This document shows positions 63,886 through 64,000 of a DNA stretch of 64,000 nt, in pieces (positions within the stretch are counted from its first letter, which is position 1; every line of letters starts with the position of its first letter). Source of the DNA: Camelus dromedarius (taxonomy: Eukaryota); assembly GCF_036321535.1 (NCBI RefSeq), contig NC_087472.1:99202001-99266000 (forward strand), written 5' to 3'. Position numbers and translations under genes: made by a program. The notes beneath the pieces were generated by a model. The model had not been told where the DNA came from. It made no database searches and worked only from the letters and a program-made list of their open reading frames with translations.

Positions 63886-63971
63886 TACAATTTCAAATGA
63901 TTGCGGTGGACTCATAACCCCACTTATAATTACTAATCTGTGTTATATTTCTTTTCTTTCATTTACCTAAT
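63886..63971 (-). pseudogene. Fossil exon, start of LLTP beta-barrel
   Basis: Acceptor ctctttacag, donor A|gtaagc. Reads SNYKWGYESTAII*NC vs MTTP RLYKLTYSTEVLL. Phase-1 end fits the next exon. Confidence 0.65.
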
Positions 63972-64000
63972 CTGTAAAGAGACCTGTATAAACTTCTCAA

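Larger units (their letters stand above)
3700..63971 (-). pseudogene. Decayed multi-exon pseudogene of an MTTP-related large lipid transfer protein (LLTP/vitellogenin-N superfamily); 5' end (signal-peptide exon) probably lies beyond the window
   Basis: More than 20 exon-like segments on the minus strand, with AG/GT splice signals, several phase-compatible junctions, in-frame stops and frameshifts. Translations from 63,971 to 23,030 match motifs of human MTTP (recalled from memory) in the correct order. Additional exons continue to about 3.7 kb; whether they belong to the same gene is less certain. Confidence 0.85.

Noticed and set aside
23030..63971. Functional MTTP gene or a recent duplicate
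   Set aside because: Many in-frame stops and frameshifts, and only motif-level similarity; mammalian MTTP orthologs are highly conserved and would be immediately recognisable.
3700..63971. Vitellogenin (VTG/VIT) pseudogene remnant
   Set aside because: Same superfamily, but the motif matches I can see follow MTTP and there is no Ser-rich phosvitin remnant; not formally excluded without a search.
1..64000. CRISPR arrays, operons or other prokaryotic systems
   Set aside because: The sequence is mammalian; there are no spaced direct-repeat arrays or dense ORFs.

Overview
AT-rich mammalian genomic DNA, almost certainly camelid: it holds two Vic-1-type tRNA-derived SINEs with 17-bp target-site duplications. 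It is dense in old eutherian repeats (L1, L2, MIR, MER5/20/53/58/81, MaLR and ERVL LTRs). I find no intact protein-coding gene. Between the repeats, the minus strand carries a long, collinear series of decayed coding exons with surviving splice signals, several phase-compatible junctions, and scattered stops and frameshifts. From about 63,970 down to about 23,030 their translations follow the order of the microsomal triglyceride transfer protein large subunit (MTTP, large lipid transfer protein/vitellogenin-N superfamily) from its N-terminal beta-barrel to its C-terminus. From about 22,400 down to about 3,700 further exon relics continue on the same strand, suggesting a long beta-strand-rich extension like that of apolipophorin-type/LOC400499-type proteins. 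The best reading is a fossil (unitary pseudogene) of an ancient, large MTTP-related lipid transfer gene spanning nearly the whole window. All protein comparisons were made by eye against sequences recalled from memory and need confirming by search. A 3'-truncated U4 snRNA retrocopy and a 5'-inverted (twin-primed) L1 are also present.
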